Assembly (NCBI GenBank): GCA_030265395.1
Contig: JARFYF010000012.1
Coordinates: forward strand, 15,061,375-15,125,374
Length of the DNA stretch: 64,000 nucleotides
Source: Rhina ancylostomus
Taxonomy: Eukaryota
Direction of reading: 5' to 3'
The notes below the pieces were generated by a model. The model did no database searches. It was not told the origin of the DNA and worked only from the letters and a program-made list of their open reading frames with translations. Positions 63,283-64,000 of this stretch are shown here, one piece after another (position 1 is the stretch's first letter; the number at the start of each line of letters is the position of its first letter). The position numbers and the translations under genes were made by a program.

Positions 63283-64000
63283 GTAGGACCACTGTCACTG
63301 TTTTTTGTCTCTTTTGTATTGTCTTGTTTTCTTTTCATTTTTTTTAAATGAGTAGAGGCCAAATCAGAGTACGTGGCCTATATTTTGTGGATGGAGCCAC
63401 CTTCTGAATATTTACTTCCTTGACAACATTGACATGATATTTCTCGAGCCCGTTATATAACCCAAGATAGTGGCATATCTTTACAGATTTGATGGGTGTC
63501 CTATTTATATTAAGGGGGTTGTTTTAGATAAAGGATGAAAATCGATCCTGAGCTAATTAAACACACTGGTTTAAAACTGGTTCTAGTTCAAAACTTTCAT
63601 TAGCTTATGGATGGAAAAACATTTATTCTTGGATGCTGGTGAGAGACCTTTAGCCTCTCCTTCAACTCATCTTCAGTTCTATTGACTTAATGGGTCTGAA
63701 GGGGAAAAGTGTACATCCTGCACAATGCTCCCATACTCATTTAATTCCTAAAGACAAGTTCCTTCGTTGTGGCATGCACTAACAGACACACCACAATATG
63801 ATGGCTTGGTATCGGCAAGAGAACACACCAGTTCTTAAAAATTGTACTGGAGATTCCAGAAGATATAGTTTATGGAAAAAATATTGTATTATCCCTGGAA
63901 AAACTGAAGGGACCCTCCCAAACTTTCCTTCTGCAGCAGTTGGTATTGCTCAGCCAGGTACATGTCCTCTTCCATCCCTTGATCAAGTATGCTTCACAGG

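Noticed and set aside
1-64000. Prokaryotic-type systems (CRISPR array, operon, defence island)
   Set aside because: No regularly spaced repeats or dense ORFs; the sequence is vertebrate intronic/intergenic DNA.

Overview
Eukaryotic, AT-rich, CpG-depleted, mostly non-coding DNA from a gapped short-read-style assembly (14 N-runs). The repeat content (CR1/HER1-like and Rex1/Babar-like LINE 3' ends, V-/Deu-/Meta-type SINEs, Penelope-like remnants) points to a cartilaginous fish, probably a ray or skate; this is inference. The window covers the 5' part of ABLIM1 (actin-binding LIM protein 1) on the + strand. A short first coding exon (MVMVDEK, 41715-41736) lies in the only CpG-rich island. It splices in phase 1 across a 21.4-kb intron to a 135-bp exon (63148-63282) encoding VAHPQDP plus the first half of LIM domain 1. 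Nearly all other ORF-track entries are chance ORFs or retroelement fragments. The most notable non-annotated signals are: an inverted Penelope-type insertion in the ABLIM1 intron whose two arms each carry a damaged minimal hammerhead ribozyme; further candidate ABLIM1 first exons; uORFs at the ABLIM1 start; three perfect CRE palindromes in 500 bp; a 53-bp micro-inversion inside a LINE tail; and a V-SINE carrying a Rex1-type tail. Repeat family names come from my recollection of family motifs, not from a database search, and repeat boundaries are approximate. I see no bacterial-type system (no CRISPR array, operon, rRNA or tRNA gene).
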